Positions 34,609 through 47,049 of a stretch of DNA of 64,000 nt are shown in pieces. Position 1 is the first letter of the stretch; every line of letters begins with the position of its first letter. The translations under genes were made by a program, and so were the position numbers. Origin of the DNA: Schizochytrium sp. TIO01 (taxonomy: Eukaryota; Protista; Bigyra: Labyrinthulomycetes); contig SMSO01000031.1 in assembly GCA_004764695.1 (NCBI GenBank), positions 534,436 through 598,435 on the forward strand. Direction: 5' to 3'. The notes beneath the pieces are model-generated. The model was not told the DNA's origin and searched no databases. It saw only the letters and a program-made list of their open reading frames with translations.

Positions 34609-36261
34609 AGCAAACGTGCATCGTCGCGTGATGTGGGATGTTGGATTGGTATTGTCTACTCAACAAACCGGTATTCTTTAGAGAAAAGACCAAAAAAAAA
34701 ATTATTAAAAAAACAAAAAACAAAAAACACGTTACATAAGGATGGTATACTTGCATCAAATTTTCAAGTATTTGAGAGTATTACAAATATTGAGGGTGTA
34801 TGATACATCAACAAAGTGGTTTTTCCTGTCAAAGATGTCAGTTTTATCATCTCGAAATATGAAATTCGACCCAAAGAGAATCGATGGCGACGTTCAGAGA
34901 CCAGCTTGTGAAGGGACGTTGTCATCAAAAGGAATTAATTTGTATCAGAATTCCGGCAAGTGCAAAACTGGATCTCCTCAAAGGATACGTTTGAAGATTA
35001 GAAGTGGCAAAGACTGATAGCATCCAAACAGGATACATGCCCGTATCGCCATTCTAGGGGCTAGAGATCTAATGCAATCTGGAAAATCGAAGTGGGCTTG
35101 CATACATGAGACTACAAAAGTTTTACAAGATTGCGGATTCCAAAATGAAGGAGGTTCTAGCTGGAATGAAATAATCTTTGGGTGAGTTATCTGCGATAAC
35201 ACGCATTGATTTCGATTTTTAAAGGTTTCAAGGTTTTCAAGGAAAATTAAAAGTAGATTATGAACTTGGGTGGTTTATTTCATAGTTAGGACACTGAATT
35301 AGAGAGAGATATTTTCGCAAACGTGATGGGAGCGAAGAAGATGGTAGAGACAAAAGACCATTTGCACAAAGTAACACAAATTAAGGGGCGGTGTCCCAAC
35401 AAATTCAAAGCGCGATACATTATTGTGTGAAGTAATAGCTTGATTTATGTCTCCTTCATCATGATGTTCTTTTGGGCTGTCTGCACGTTTGAGTTCTTGA
35501 TCAAAGTCCATACGTATATGTCAGGTCCACTAAAGACAGTAATAACAACAGAAAACAAAGGAAAGGAAACAGTAGCAACACATTGACGAGCATTGAGAGA
35601 ACGACGAGGTGGACTAAGTTGAAGCGTACAAACCGCAAAAGCAGCAAGCCACGAAGAGTGAAAGAGAAAAAAAAGACAGGTCAGTAACCAGTTGAGAACG
35701 AGAGTCACAGTTGGTTTGATCTGTGATATTTATGAGTGAATATCTTGACAGACAAAGACAAGATTGAAGCAGACCGGTAAGTGGCTGGACGAACATGAGG
35801 GGATTAGCGAAAGCAGGAACCTGTAGAAATATGGGTTGGACTGCGAAAAGAACAGTTTGCTCATTCGCATGCAAATATGAAACATCAATTGCGCTCTCGT
35901 GGCCTGCAGGAAGATGCAATATCCTATGTCATTCCACCAGAGGAAGGTCATAGGCCAGCTTCTTTTATAGGATTTTTTTTTTTTAAGTTTAAATCATTGC
36001 CAAATTGATGTCGCGCAACGAGTTGCGCCCGATATAATTCAAGTGCGGCCTGGTGAACCTATAATTTAAAACTCAGAGGGCTGGTTCACCTGGGCTCCTC
36101 ACGACAGGGCTGGTGATCATGTTCTGACTATCACTAGCACGTGACTTTGATGATGCGGGCATTGGCAACGCGTGACTTTTGTAACAGAGATGAAGAAAGC
36201 AGCAAACTGAAGAACGGGCAAAACCAGGGTTGGTATTAGCATACACTAACCCCCCCCCATC

Positions 36262-38112
36262 CTACACCCTGTCTACAGCAAGCTTTCGCGAGGCGCGGAG
36301 GTTCGCACTAGCCCGAGCGCTAGCTCGTACACTCCGTACGCTATTACGGCCTCGATCTAATGAGACAAGAGACTCCCCATACGCTTTCATGAGGTCTGCA
36401 TTAAAGACATCAATTCCAACTTGAAGAATTTTCTTTGCGTCCTGAGAAACCTGCTCCTGGTTTGCCTTTTCGGGATCCTTCTTCTCATAAAAGGTGAAAA
36501 GGCGTGATTCAAGCGCAGCACCTTGCTTTGAGCGTTCATGTTCTTCTGGAAGAGTGATTTCTGGCAAAGGCGGCGGAGGCGGTTCATGCGGCAAAGGTGG
36601 TTTCTTCTGGTATTTACTGGATTTATCTGGTTTCGGTGGGGGCATGTCTGGGTGCGGACCGTCACTCGAAGAGCGCATTCGGCCCAAGCTGACCGGCAAT
36701 GGTTTGGCAATATCAGGTTCCTCGGCAAAGGTTGTGTCCACGAGAGATTTCCCATACCGCTTCTTGAGCTTCTTATTAAGATGCTCCACAGAATTTTCAT
36801 AACACCAATCCACGATCTGTTGAATGTCTTCTTCAGACTTTGTCGCGCCAACGGCGCCATAAAAGAGACGGAGTCGAGCTTTTAGACCAGAAGCTTCAAG
36901 ATCATCATCATATTTGCGGCGTAGAGTTTCGTTGAGGCGGTCAATGCCGTTAACCATAGCCCAGCCAGTTACAGTATCAAGTTGATGCTCATTCTCGGGC
37001 TCGAGCTTGGAGGGGTCGAATCGCGAGTAAAAGCGCACTAGTTGCTCGCGGACATCCTGGAACTCTTGGTCTACGTCAGTGAGGTCTTCACCATAGGTGG
37101 CACGAAGTGTATCATTGAGGGCAATTTCTCCTTCTACAATAGCAAACTCGAGCACAGGGGTTACCCCCTCCTCGAGAAGGCGATTCGGGTCGTGGCGAGC
37201 GTAAAAGACCTCGACAAGTTTACGAAGGTAGTCCTGGTACGCGATGTCAGCTTCAACCTGGGCCTCGGCCTCCTCACGACTCACAGTCTCAGAGGATCCG
37301 CTGAGACGTGCAAGCGCCCGGATGCTGTTTCGGAGACTTTGCCGGAGGGTTTTAGAATTGCGTGTGCTGCCTGGGCGACTGAAAGTTGTGGAGCGGCGAA
37401 CGATGGTGTTCATGTTAACGCCATATTTTTGTTGCAGACGACGGTTGATATCGTGGATGCCGTGTTTGAGCGTGAAATCTACGACCCACTCGAGGTTCTC
37501 TGGGTCAAGTTTCTCTGGCGCATTAGCATCATAGAATGTTTTGAGCTTCCTCTCAATTTCTTCTCTGACCTTGGTACGATCCATAGCTCCAAGGCCTTCT
37601 CCGTATTTGGTAACCATCTTCTGATTCAACGTTGTGAAACCGTGCACGATGCCCCATGTCAGCACGGTGCGAATATCCTCTTCGCTCTTTGCTGGATCGT
37701 GTTTCTCATAAAACGCCTCCAGCTGTACCAAGACATCCGACTCCATCACATCTTCTACACCTTCTCCAAATTTTCTTGCCAACTTGTCTGAGAGAACATC
37801 AACACCATTGTGCATCGCCCAGTCCGTGATAGCATCAATATCTGTGGGACTGTCCAGCTTCGCCACATCGTGTTTGATGTAGAACATTTCAATTCGAGAT
37901 CTTAGAACCTGTCGCTCAGCTGCTCCAAAGGATACGTCCACATTGCTGCCTATGTACGCCCCATACCTGTCCATAAGTGCGGCGTTGAGCGCCTCAATCC
38001 CCTCGGCAAGGCCGAAGTCCACAATGGCAGCAATGCCATGCTCCAAACGTGCAGGGTCATACTTTTGAAAGAACTCGACGAGCTTTGCATGGAGGACCTC
38101 GCGCTCTGTCAT
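36262..38112 (-). CDS. Uncharacterised protein with eight ~42-aa helical repeats (LxxFYxxxDPxK...GxxxLNxxLxxKYG) and a Pro-rich linker
   Basis: Long ORF with clear internal repeats; ATG at 38112 (the track starts at a TTG at 38205). Confidence 0.88.
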   Translation of the reverse strand: MTEREVLHAKLVEFFQKYDPARLEHGIAAIVDFGLAEGIEALNAALMDRYGAYIGSNVDVSFGAAERQVLRSRIEMFYIKHDVAKLDSPTDIDAITDWAMHNGVDVLSDKLARKFGEGVEDVMESDVLVQLEAFYEKHDPAKSEEDIRTVLTWGIVHGFTTLNQKMVTKYGEGLGAMDRTKVREEIERKLKTFYDANAPEKLDPENLEWVVDFTLKHGIHDINRRLQQKYGVNMNTIVRRSTTFSRPGSTRNSKTLRQSLRNSIRALARLSGSSETVSREEAEAQVEADIAYQDYLRKLVEVFYARHDPNRLLEEGVTPVLEFAIVEGEIALNDTLRATYGEDLTDVDQEFQDVREQLVRFYSRFDPSKLEPENEHQLDTVTGWAMVNGIDRLNETLRRKYDDDLEASGLKARLRLFYGAVGATKSEEDIQQIVDWCYENSVEHLNKKLKKRYGKSLVDTTFAEEPDIAKPLPVSLGRMRSSSDGPHPDMPPPKPDKSSKYQKKPPLPHEPPPPPLPEITLPEEHERSKQGAALESRLFTFYEKKDPEKANQEQVSQDAKKILQVGIDVFNADLMKAYGESLVSLDRGRNSVRSVRASARASANLRASRKLAVDRV

Positions 38113-41100
38113 GGTAGCGACAGTTGAGCGAGCGAGCTCCTGCGAAGGTGCCTCGAACAGCGACTGCGCCGCGAGGCAAAGGAACTTGAAAAGTTTGAAG
38201 AACAAGTTTGTGAAGAAGTTTAAGAAGAAAGAGATGAATTAAAAAAAAACAAAAAAACTATGAAAAATGAAAAGAAGAACAAAAATAACAAAAATAACAA
38301 AAATAACAAAAACAGGCCGATTGAGCTATCGATTGAGCGACCGCTTGAGCGAGCGATTGAGCGATTGAGCGATTGATCAATTGATGTGTGAATGAGTGAG
38401 AAAACGAGTGCGATCGCACGATAGCAGGCACGGTGGCAATCAATACCTATCAAGGCCAGGGAACTCCAATCCTATAACTCTTTTGCTTATTTATCCTACT
38501 TCAAAATATGTGGGTACTACTTTCTTTTTTAAATAAAATAGTAGGTACTGTGATTTTAAAAAAACGCTAGGAGTACGGCTAATGGGATAGAGAATAAAAA
38601 TATCAAGTACAGCACAATAAACTCGTGTGCAGTGCTAATCAGTTACATCGCCGGGCAAAAAGGTAAGATACGATGCGTTGATTTAGAAAATCTTGCCGTA
38701 TAGTATTGGCAATTACAAATCGGACCCTGATCACTGCTTGGTGCTTACCCAAGTCGAGGTTGTGCTCCCTAAATTATTAATTAATTGAAGGATCATGTGC
38801 ACAACTTTGAAGTAATAGTATAGTCTTAGTAGAGTTAGGAGAAGAAGGTTTCTATCCTAATCACATACTAATATTATATTTATAATGGAAAAAGAAATAG
38901 GAAAAAGAAACAGAAACAAAAAAAAGAAAAAAAGAAAGAAACCAACAGGAAATCTCACTCGCTCATCACACTATGTATGATCATATCACACTCTCTAACT
39001 GGTGTTGCTAGTTAGTAAAAAGTATATATATCAAGGTAGCTTTTCTCCTCCCTGTCTTCCTCCAAGTTTCTCCATTCACTCGTTCACACGCACCCTGAAG
39101 AGGGGTTTTCTAGCCGATTCCTTAAGAGACTACTAAAAGCCCGGAGAAAGACAGACAAAAAAACAACCAAAAAACAACAACAAAAAACACAAACTTTTGG
39201 ATAGGCACCTATTACCACTATTACAGCGGTGTGCATTTCAGTAGGACGTGTGCTACGCCTAATGCTAGCAGTAGGCTGGAGGCGCTTTCCTTTGTTGAGA
39301 GATGTGATCAATTTTCACTCGCTCAGCACTCATCAAGTCATCATCTCACGCTCAAATCGCTCGATATCAGTCAGCCATTTGGTCAGCCAGTCAGTCGGTC
39401 GGTCGGTCGGTCGGTCAGTCAGTCGGCCAGCCCACTAGCTAGGTGCGGGCTTGCTTGCTTGCTTGCTAGCATGCCTTTCGATAGCCAGGTTTCCAAGACT
39501 GAGGAAGAAAGCGATCAAGAAAGAAGCGCTTTCAAGTGCCAATAAGAACGAACTTCTTCTGCACAAGCAAGCACATGAAAGAACGAAGGCTTTCAAGGCC
39601 GTAGCTTTCTCTGCGGCGTCGAGCTAAGCACTACGCACGTGCCTACTTCGGTGGATGACACCCATGCTCACGGAGGGGAAAGAGCCGTGCTCAGGAGCTC
39701 ATCGGAGAGGCGACCAAGGAGGCCACGCGATGCAGGAGCAGCGACGCACCCTATTCTAGCGCCTGCAGCGATCAACTTCTTCTCAGAACTAACTAACTAA
39801 CTAAATAAATAAATAAATAACTAACTCGTCGTGGCTCTCGCAGTTATCTCGCTAGTTACGTTCCCGCCGCTGAGTGTTTGATGGAGTGTTTCTTGGCTGC
39901 CTACTTCGCTGGGTAGGCGTGGCACAGTTCCTATCAGCCTGCACCCAAACGCGCACGCGCGCAGAAATCCTTTTTCCTTAGAATCGTAAAATTCAACTTT
40001 GAAAGGGTGCTCACTCACTAGAGGATCTCTACCGAAAACCCTATTTAGGACATTGATAAAAGAATTGCTCGGCTTTTGGTAAACTAGCTTACTATTAAAG
40101 AATTATTAAAAAAAAAAAAATAAGAATAAGAATAGGATAAGAGTAACTGTAATGATACTAGCGACCGTGGGCTGTGAGAAGGTAACTAACTATGTATGAT
40201 GTGATAGCGGCACGTGCCGTCTACAATCGCAAGTAGTTGTTCATGTGCTTTCTTAGCGGTCTTGGGCCCAGTCAGCAATGATGCAGGAGATCATTTTAGT
40301 TCGTGCATCTTCTACTCTTCGACGGCGATCATTATGAACGCTTGACTCCTAGTAAGGCACCTCACTCTGTGGAAGTACGCACCTGAGTTGTTGGCTACAA
40401 TGTGCTTCTGGCTGGTCGTCCTTTCGGGTGAATTCGCGTCAGCTAATTTTTCTTTTCTTTTTTGAAAGAAGACATGATTATTTCTCTTCTGTTGGGATAA
40501 AAGGAAACATAATCGTTAAAATCGAAAGCGAAACATGCCTCGAGTATATTAGTCTTCATTGTGCTCCTTTATATATGTAGATATATATACCAGCAAAAAA
40601 CGTAGGCACAAGTCCCTCTGTTGTTTAAAGAAAAAACTTGCATGAGCCTGGTAGTCTTAGAAAATGGCTGCGCGCACTGGGTGTGTACTTTCTTGTATTC
40701 GAGTACCATCTAATACTACATCTAGGAGGCCATTTGTCAGAATGCAAAATCATCATTGGTCTTGCATATTTCCTTTATAAAGTTAAAGTCCTTGGCCGAT
40801 GGCTTGCCAGCAGCGCAGTCAATACAGAGCAGGTGACGACAGATCCAAGCACATATGGTGCTCAGTGCAACTAGGTAGGTAGGTAGGTGCCTATAGAAAT
40901 GAGGTTTGTTTGCCATTCGCAGTCACACTTCTACGAGACAGTCTCTAGTTAAGGTTGCTGTCAAAAAGGCAATGCAGTTGCGTTTATCATACATGTACAT
41001 ACTATATATGCATAGTCTGCACATTTTTTGAACTTTGTTTTCTTTGCAGCCAGGGAATCATCCTGCTGGGGCCCAATAGACCCCCAAAAGTTGCAAAATA

Positions 41101-42054
41101 GTCGTTTACTTTTACGAGTTTTACGGAAGTAAGTAAGGTGAGACCTTACTAATTGTAATTCTCAGCTGGGTTTCCTGTACAAGACTCTATTTACTGCATA
41201 TGTCGCTAATCTAAAGGCACTGCTAGCTGGTTGCGTTGCATTCCAAAGATAGACTTTTTGTTTTGCTTTATTTTTGTGCACTTCTCATCTGAGCGAGGCA
41301 AGAAAGCAAAGCAGAGGACGTTCGTACCTCCTATCTGAAGTACTCATATGGCCAAACCCTTTTAAGTTATATTCACCCATTGCTCGAGTGTGACACCTGC
41401 CTCTTTGAACGAATCACCAAAAAGGTTTAAGCGATGGTGGTGGGGTGGATTATTCCAGAAATAGAGTTTTGCAAACTGTTCTCTTAGTACAAGGCAATAT
41501 ATCTTTAGTATACAAGTACGTTGGCGAATTGTACGTATTGAATCGTGTTATACTGTGTCCTGCTGCAATGCCACCCAAGTATCGGACCTCTATCCGTTAA
41601 CCTAGAGTGCAAGTCAACTCAATATTTAAAGCGGTACCAAACTGTAGGATGTGCCAGTCCAATTTGAATGCTTCGATACCAATATATGTAGTCTCGCAAG
41701 TTTCACCGATCAACAAAATGATAGTTTCTTGATTACGTAGGTGAAAACGGTCTGTGAAAGCTTTTCAACTTAATTTGATGAATGTGATGCGCCAATAATC
41801 GAGAGGCTACTTCAAATAAGATTTTTTTCTTGCGTGCAAATGTAAGTTTATAAGTCGCGCCATATGTAGCTATAAAATTTTATTAATATCAATAGTGCTT
41901 TGTCCAATTCATTGTATATCCACTTTCCCTACAAAGCAGTATCATTTATTCTTTATGACGAACAAAATATACCTTGGATCATGTCATCATCCCTCTTTCT
42001 CTCAAAGACTTAGGGTCCTCCGTTCGAATACACTTGAGTATCATCGTTTCGATT

Positions 42055-43332
42055 CTAGTTCAGCGTCTTCCTAGAATTACCAGAAGAGCGCATCAATTCG
42101 CGATTGTGAAACGAGTTTGCTCTGACCTGAGAGATCGGTACATCCTTTTTTAAGAATTCCAGGGCAGATTTCAAGGTGACCCCTTCACGTCGGCAGATAC
42201 AGAGATATTCAATGCGCTGGTATGTAGCTGCAGAATTCCCTCTACTGCTAGGAGGGCCGATTTCATCTAGACTAAGATTTTGAAGGAAGTCTTCCAGTCT
42301 AGCAATCCCTGATTCAGGTTCTAGATCGATATCAGCGCCATGTTCCAGAAGTAAGTGAAATAGCTCCCAGCAATCTTCTGGGTGAGGGTCCGGTTCCCAA
42401 AATAGGCAAAACATGGCAGTCCGCCCAAATGAGTCTTGTAGATTCAGATTTGCTCCATTTATGATCAAGGTCTTGGCAATTGCAGTATTATAATATACGC
42501 ATGCAACATGCAATGCGGTTATGCGTGCCAGTTTTTCAGATAGTTGGAAATTGACGTTTGCGTTACATCTGCTAATCAGAAATTCTACAACCTCATGATT
42601 ATTTTCCATGCATGCGGTGATCAGCGGTGTGTACATGTCCTTGGCATATTCTTCTGTTGCATTAGCGCTTGCTCCATAACTTGTGAGTAAACTCAGCATC
42701 CTAAGGTCGATATTCTCATATTCACAAGCTTTTTGAAGAATTCTGTATCCACTTTGTCCCTGAAGGTTATTGTTTCCGCCGCTGGTCTCCAGAAAAAGTG
42801 CTGCCATATCAATGTCGTTAGTCACAACAGCATCTATAAACACGTGTGATTTGTCAAGGTCTGCTTGGTGGGCTCCGTGCGCTAAGAGAGTGTGAATGAT
42901 GGGTTTATTTCTCTGGACATAGGCATATGCCAACGGTGTCAGACCGTACCGATCTCCCTTGTTTACGTCTGCACCCATCTCTAACAGAAGCTTTACAATA
43001 CCAAGGTCTCCACCAAGACATGCATATATTAAAGCTGTTAGAGCTTCATCATCTGTCGCATCGCAGGTCTCTATGAGAAGCCCGCGCATGTCCTCGCTCG
43101 TCAAATCCGACTTCTTCGTTATGTAGAGCTTACATATCTGAAGAAGCATGGCTACGCTACTCAAGGTGGCCTCTGTCGGCTGAAGCATAGCATGGAACTT
43201 ATGTACGAGGCGGGGCAGGTTGCCGCCTTCTATATCGCGGCTCTCTCGTAGAAACTTTAGGACTTCGCTCATGGCGAAAGCTTTCTTGTTTCGACTTTGC
43301 TCGCCAGCTCGAACACTCTGTCCTCGCTTCAT
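42055..43332 (-). CDS. Ankyrin repeat protein, 425 aa
   Basis: TALIYAC..G..IVKLLLEMGADVN, GLTPLAYA, TPLITAC, TALHVAC...LIINGANLNLQD, LLLEHGADID; about 6-7 repeats. Confidence 0.9.
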   Translation of the reverse strand: MKRGQSVRAGEQSRNKKAFAMSEVLKFLRESRDIEGGNLPRLVHKFHAMLQPTEATLSSVAMLLQICKLYITKKSDLTSEDMRGLLIETCDATDDEALTALIYACLGGDLGIVKLLLEMGADVNKGDRYGLTPLAYAYVQRNKPIIHTLLAHGAHQADLDKSHVFIDAVVTNDIDMAALFLETSGGNNNLQGQSGYRILQKACEYENIDLRMLSLLTSYGASANATEEYAKDMYTPLITACMENNHEVVEFLISRCNANVNFQLSEKLARITALHVACVYYNTAIAKTLIINGANLNLQDSFGRTAMFCLFWEPDPHPEDCWELFHLLLEHGADIDLEPESGIARLEDFLQNLSLDEIGPPSSRGNSAATYQRIEYLCICRREGVTLKSALEFLKKDVPISQVRANSFHNRELMRSSGNSRKTLN

Positions 43333-46300
43333 ACATGTGCGTATAGCAGAAGCTAGGGTCCCTTTAGCTCCTTCCTCTGTCGCATTACCTGAAGGACAGT
43401 CTCAAATCGCGTTATGGCTCTCGATCAGTGTGTTGCTCTTGCTCTCAGTCACTGTTGATCTCACTCAATCAGCGCGGAGCGCTCTCATTTAAGTTCTATA
43501 GGCCGTTTTTATTTTTGAAAAGACTCATCCGAGTCCTTACATTGAAAAACTTTCACGTAAAGCATTTGATAGGCCAATATTCAGAAAAGACTTATAATTA
43601 TGAAAAAATATAATTGGAAATTAATATAATTGAAAATTCGATTGAATTCATTGTGTTTTAATTACTTGCAAAGTCAGTCTTTGGTGAAACTAATAAGGAA
43701 AATCATCAAGTCAGAAACATATGACAAACAGTAAAGGGAGGATAAGGACGTAAACAGGCTATAGGTTATGAAAAGTTCTAGCAAAGAAGTTCGCAGTAGT
43801 TGGTATACTTCTTACCGACGTACTTAGCATGAATGGCTATTTTAAAAATATACTTAAAGATGCAGAGTTGGTCCTTTGGAATACAGAAGTTCTAGGTTGT
43901 TTTTCAGGCAAAGCTTTTAGATGCTAGGAATACGAAGCGCAATAAGGGAGACATTCTTTTGTGAAGCAAATCTGGATGAACTAATTACATAAATAAAGTC
44001 CTAAGACCACCAAGTTTTCCAACACGACTATTGCAAGGAACTTGTTATGTATGTATTGTGACAAATTTTTCAAATGAAGCTGTTTGTTACTGAGTATTTA
44101 CGAGGAGTATCCTTTCAAATGATCCAAACTATATTTCAGGAGCTATCAAGGACAAGGAACGTGTGCTTCCTTCCGATAGCGCTATCACCTATTGAGGAAT
44201 TTATTGTCTCTGCTATGAGGATACGGAGCCTGTGTTTGCTCGCCTCATCCAAATGTGTATCTATCATTTATACATATGAGCTTCAGTGTAAGTTTAGCAC
44301 TGTCAGTAAGCGATCAGAGCTTATGTTTAAACAAACACCAAAACCCAATCAGATTGGAGTTCCTAAGCTGAGCATACTTTGCAAACCAATTCACAAAAGA
44401 AAGGAAGCACTGTCCGAGTCCTCCAGAAAACTCCCGAACTCTGGCTACTGAACAAATAAGTTAAGAGCCTAAACTCAAAGAAGCTTAGGATTCAAAGATG
44501 TGGTGCTGACTATGCTGACTAGAAATTGGTGCTGCGAGGATAGTTGCTGTAATTATAATACCTAGAGGAGTTGATAGTTTTCGTAAAACCTGTAAATCAA
44601 CTCGGGAACATTCGAGAGATCCCAATCCCAATACTCCCATAGAACAGTCTTTGTAAGCCTGCGCTTGAGCTTCCTGAAGTATGGGCACTTTAAAGTTTAG
44701 AGCAGAGGCCATCCACCGAAAGCGACAAAGAAATAAATTAGAATCAGCTAAAAGGGTACATGTGAAAACCTATTTTAAAGATGTAATAGTGTAATTTTAC
44801 TTTAAATGGACAGGTGCTTCGTTTACTCTTTGGGTCCACCCCTAGAATAGTTATAAGCTGATCTGCTGCGGAGCCCAGTGTTATGTTTATTCATATTTAA
44901 TCATCCAAGAGCTTAACTAAGGCCCATGCATTTCGAGGATATAGTTTGATTTGATACAAGATTTAATCTTTAAAAATGGTTGTGAGATGCAATACTGCTG
45001 GAAGATGAATCTGGTCAGCTAGAGGTTGACAATAAAACTGCAGGCGAGAGGTTTAAGCAAGGTTCGGGCAAGGCAGAGTGATTCATGTTATAATTTGGAG
45101 ACTAAGATATAAGTGATCTGTGCTAGATGTAATTGACGAGGTTAGGTTGACTCGTCTTTGCAACCATCAATTCAGACTGCACCATGCTTCATTCAAGGGA
45201 ATGCATATGCATCCTGTTTGGTTCATGGATTCACATCCACGCAAGTCTGGTTGTCTAGTTATATTTCTATGTAGGTCCTGAATTCTTGAAGTTTGAAGTC
45301 CTACGATGGAACGCTCAGAACTCTGAAAATGTCTTTTCCACTAGTTGCTTCGGTTGTACATCTCAGCTGTGCATACAATCTCAAATTATATCCCTTAAGC
45401 AGTTTAATATTCAGTTTCCTCGATGCCTTTGAACAATAGCTTGAATGCTCTTGGTTCTGGGTACCTTGGGACCGAATACAGTTGAATGTTCCCATCTTTC
45501 ATATTCAGAATATAGTCTGAGCATAGTCAAAGTTCTCTAAGTTTATAAATTATTCCGAGCTCTGAAGGAGTGAATTTGAAAAATGATACAAAATGACATT
45601 GGAATCCCGATACAAGACTTTAGACAGATCACTGCTGAACGGTGATACTGATTAGCGTGAGGTTGACTGTAAAGATGAAGGCAAGAAGCTTGATGAAGGT
45701 TATAAGAAGATTGATTTAAGTGTTAGCGAACCGCTGTCCTGGAGAAGGGATTCCAGGGCAGATGGATTCATGTAGTAGTTAGAGATAATCGATGGGGTTA
45801 GGTTAGTTCAACCTCTCAATCATCGATTCGAGTTACACCATGCTTGGATATAGGTAATGTGTACTCACACTTCGAGTTCTTGACTCTGGCTGCCTATTCT
45901 TGCTCTATTGTAAACCTTATGTCTAATGGGGTTTTACAAAGGGACACCAAGAACTCTAGCAAGTCTTGTCCACTAGTTCCTCCGATTGGAGATCTCAGCA
46001 ATCACAGTAGACTATTACCACTCGATCACGTATTAAAGTCATATTGTTTGGGAATATACTAGGACAAAGTAGAAAAGCTTCTCTGTTGTTTTTCTAAACC
46101 AAATCTTATGTCAAGACAATTGCTTATGTTGAAATGAGCCTGCTCTTTTTCATTTGCCTACAACACGCAGGTGTTTGGAAACTGAAATAGCAATACTTAT
46201 CGACTTGTGATAGCTGATGGTTGCCAAAAGAGGCTGCCAAGAAAACGTGATAGCAAAGCTCTTTAATGCGATTGAAAAGGCTAGAAAGAGGCGAGTAGCG

Positions 46301-47049
46301 TTGTTTTATGTGTACGCTATTTGTTGGCTTTGAAATATCTGAAATTAACATCAGTTTCAAGTACGTATGAGAAGTATCTTACACTATTTAGACCACACAT
46401 ATTAAAGCCGAAAAAATATCGATAAGTTCATCACTGATCCTGAAGCATCGGTCGTAATTTCACACAATTGAAATCTGAGGAATATTCAGTAGGATGATTC
46501 ACCACGCGATTCAGATCTCAAAATCCGTCATCCATTCGAAATAAGGACTTATTCTCTAAGTACGTTTCCTTGTTCTAGGTCCTACAATAAATTGCTAAGA
46601 TTTAAGAGAAATCGTTGCTGAGATTTATCGATTTCTGTTTTTATTTTATTTGGTTTGCTTCTTTAAACTTGCTTCTCTTAAACGAGAGTTGCAAGATGTA
46701 CTGCTTGCATTATGCTCTGTGCGCATGTTCAACGAATATGAAAAACACTTAGCAAATTCAAAAGCACGCGGTCTGCAAATGCACACAATGCGCATTCTGT
46801 GAAGTAAGATATTGTCATTCAGCTATCTAGAATAAGGGGACCACAAACGGTGGGATGTTGAAAAGTATGCAAATTTTGAATATTATCTAATTGAATTGAA
46901 TATTTTATGGTGAAATGTAGCGGGCGAGAGCTACCTGGTGAACGTGAACTCCAGAAGGTTAAAGACACGAGAATTTTGAATCAGGTAGCGCTCTGAATTA
47001 CTTGCAGTGCATTCGCAGAAATCTATCATCAATGGCATAGTTTGTTTTA

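Noticed and set aside
36045-36140. Two adjacent short hairpins, considered as a snoRNA or other ncRNA
   Set aside because: No convincing H/ACA or C/D box arrangement; probably 3' flank of the repeat-protein gene.
37042-37791. 249-aa antisense ORF (likewise 48898-49842, 314 aa)
   Set aside because: Shadow ORFs opposite codon-biased real genes.
43600-46900. Possible decayed transposon or viral insert next to the ankyrin gene
   Set aside because: No transposase, reverse transcriptase, integrase or capsid motifs and no terminal repeats recognised.
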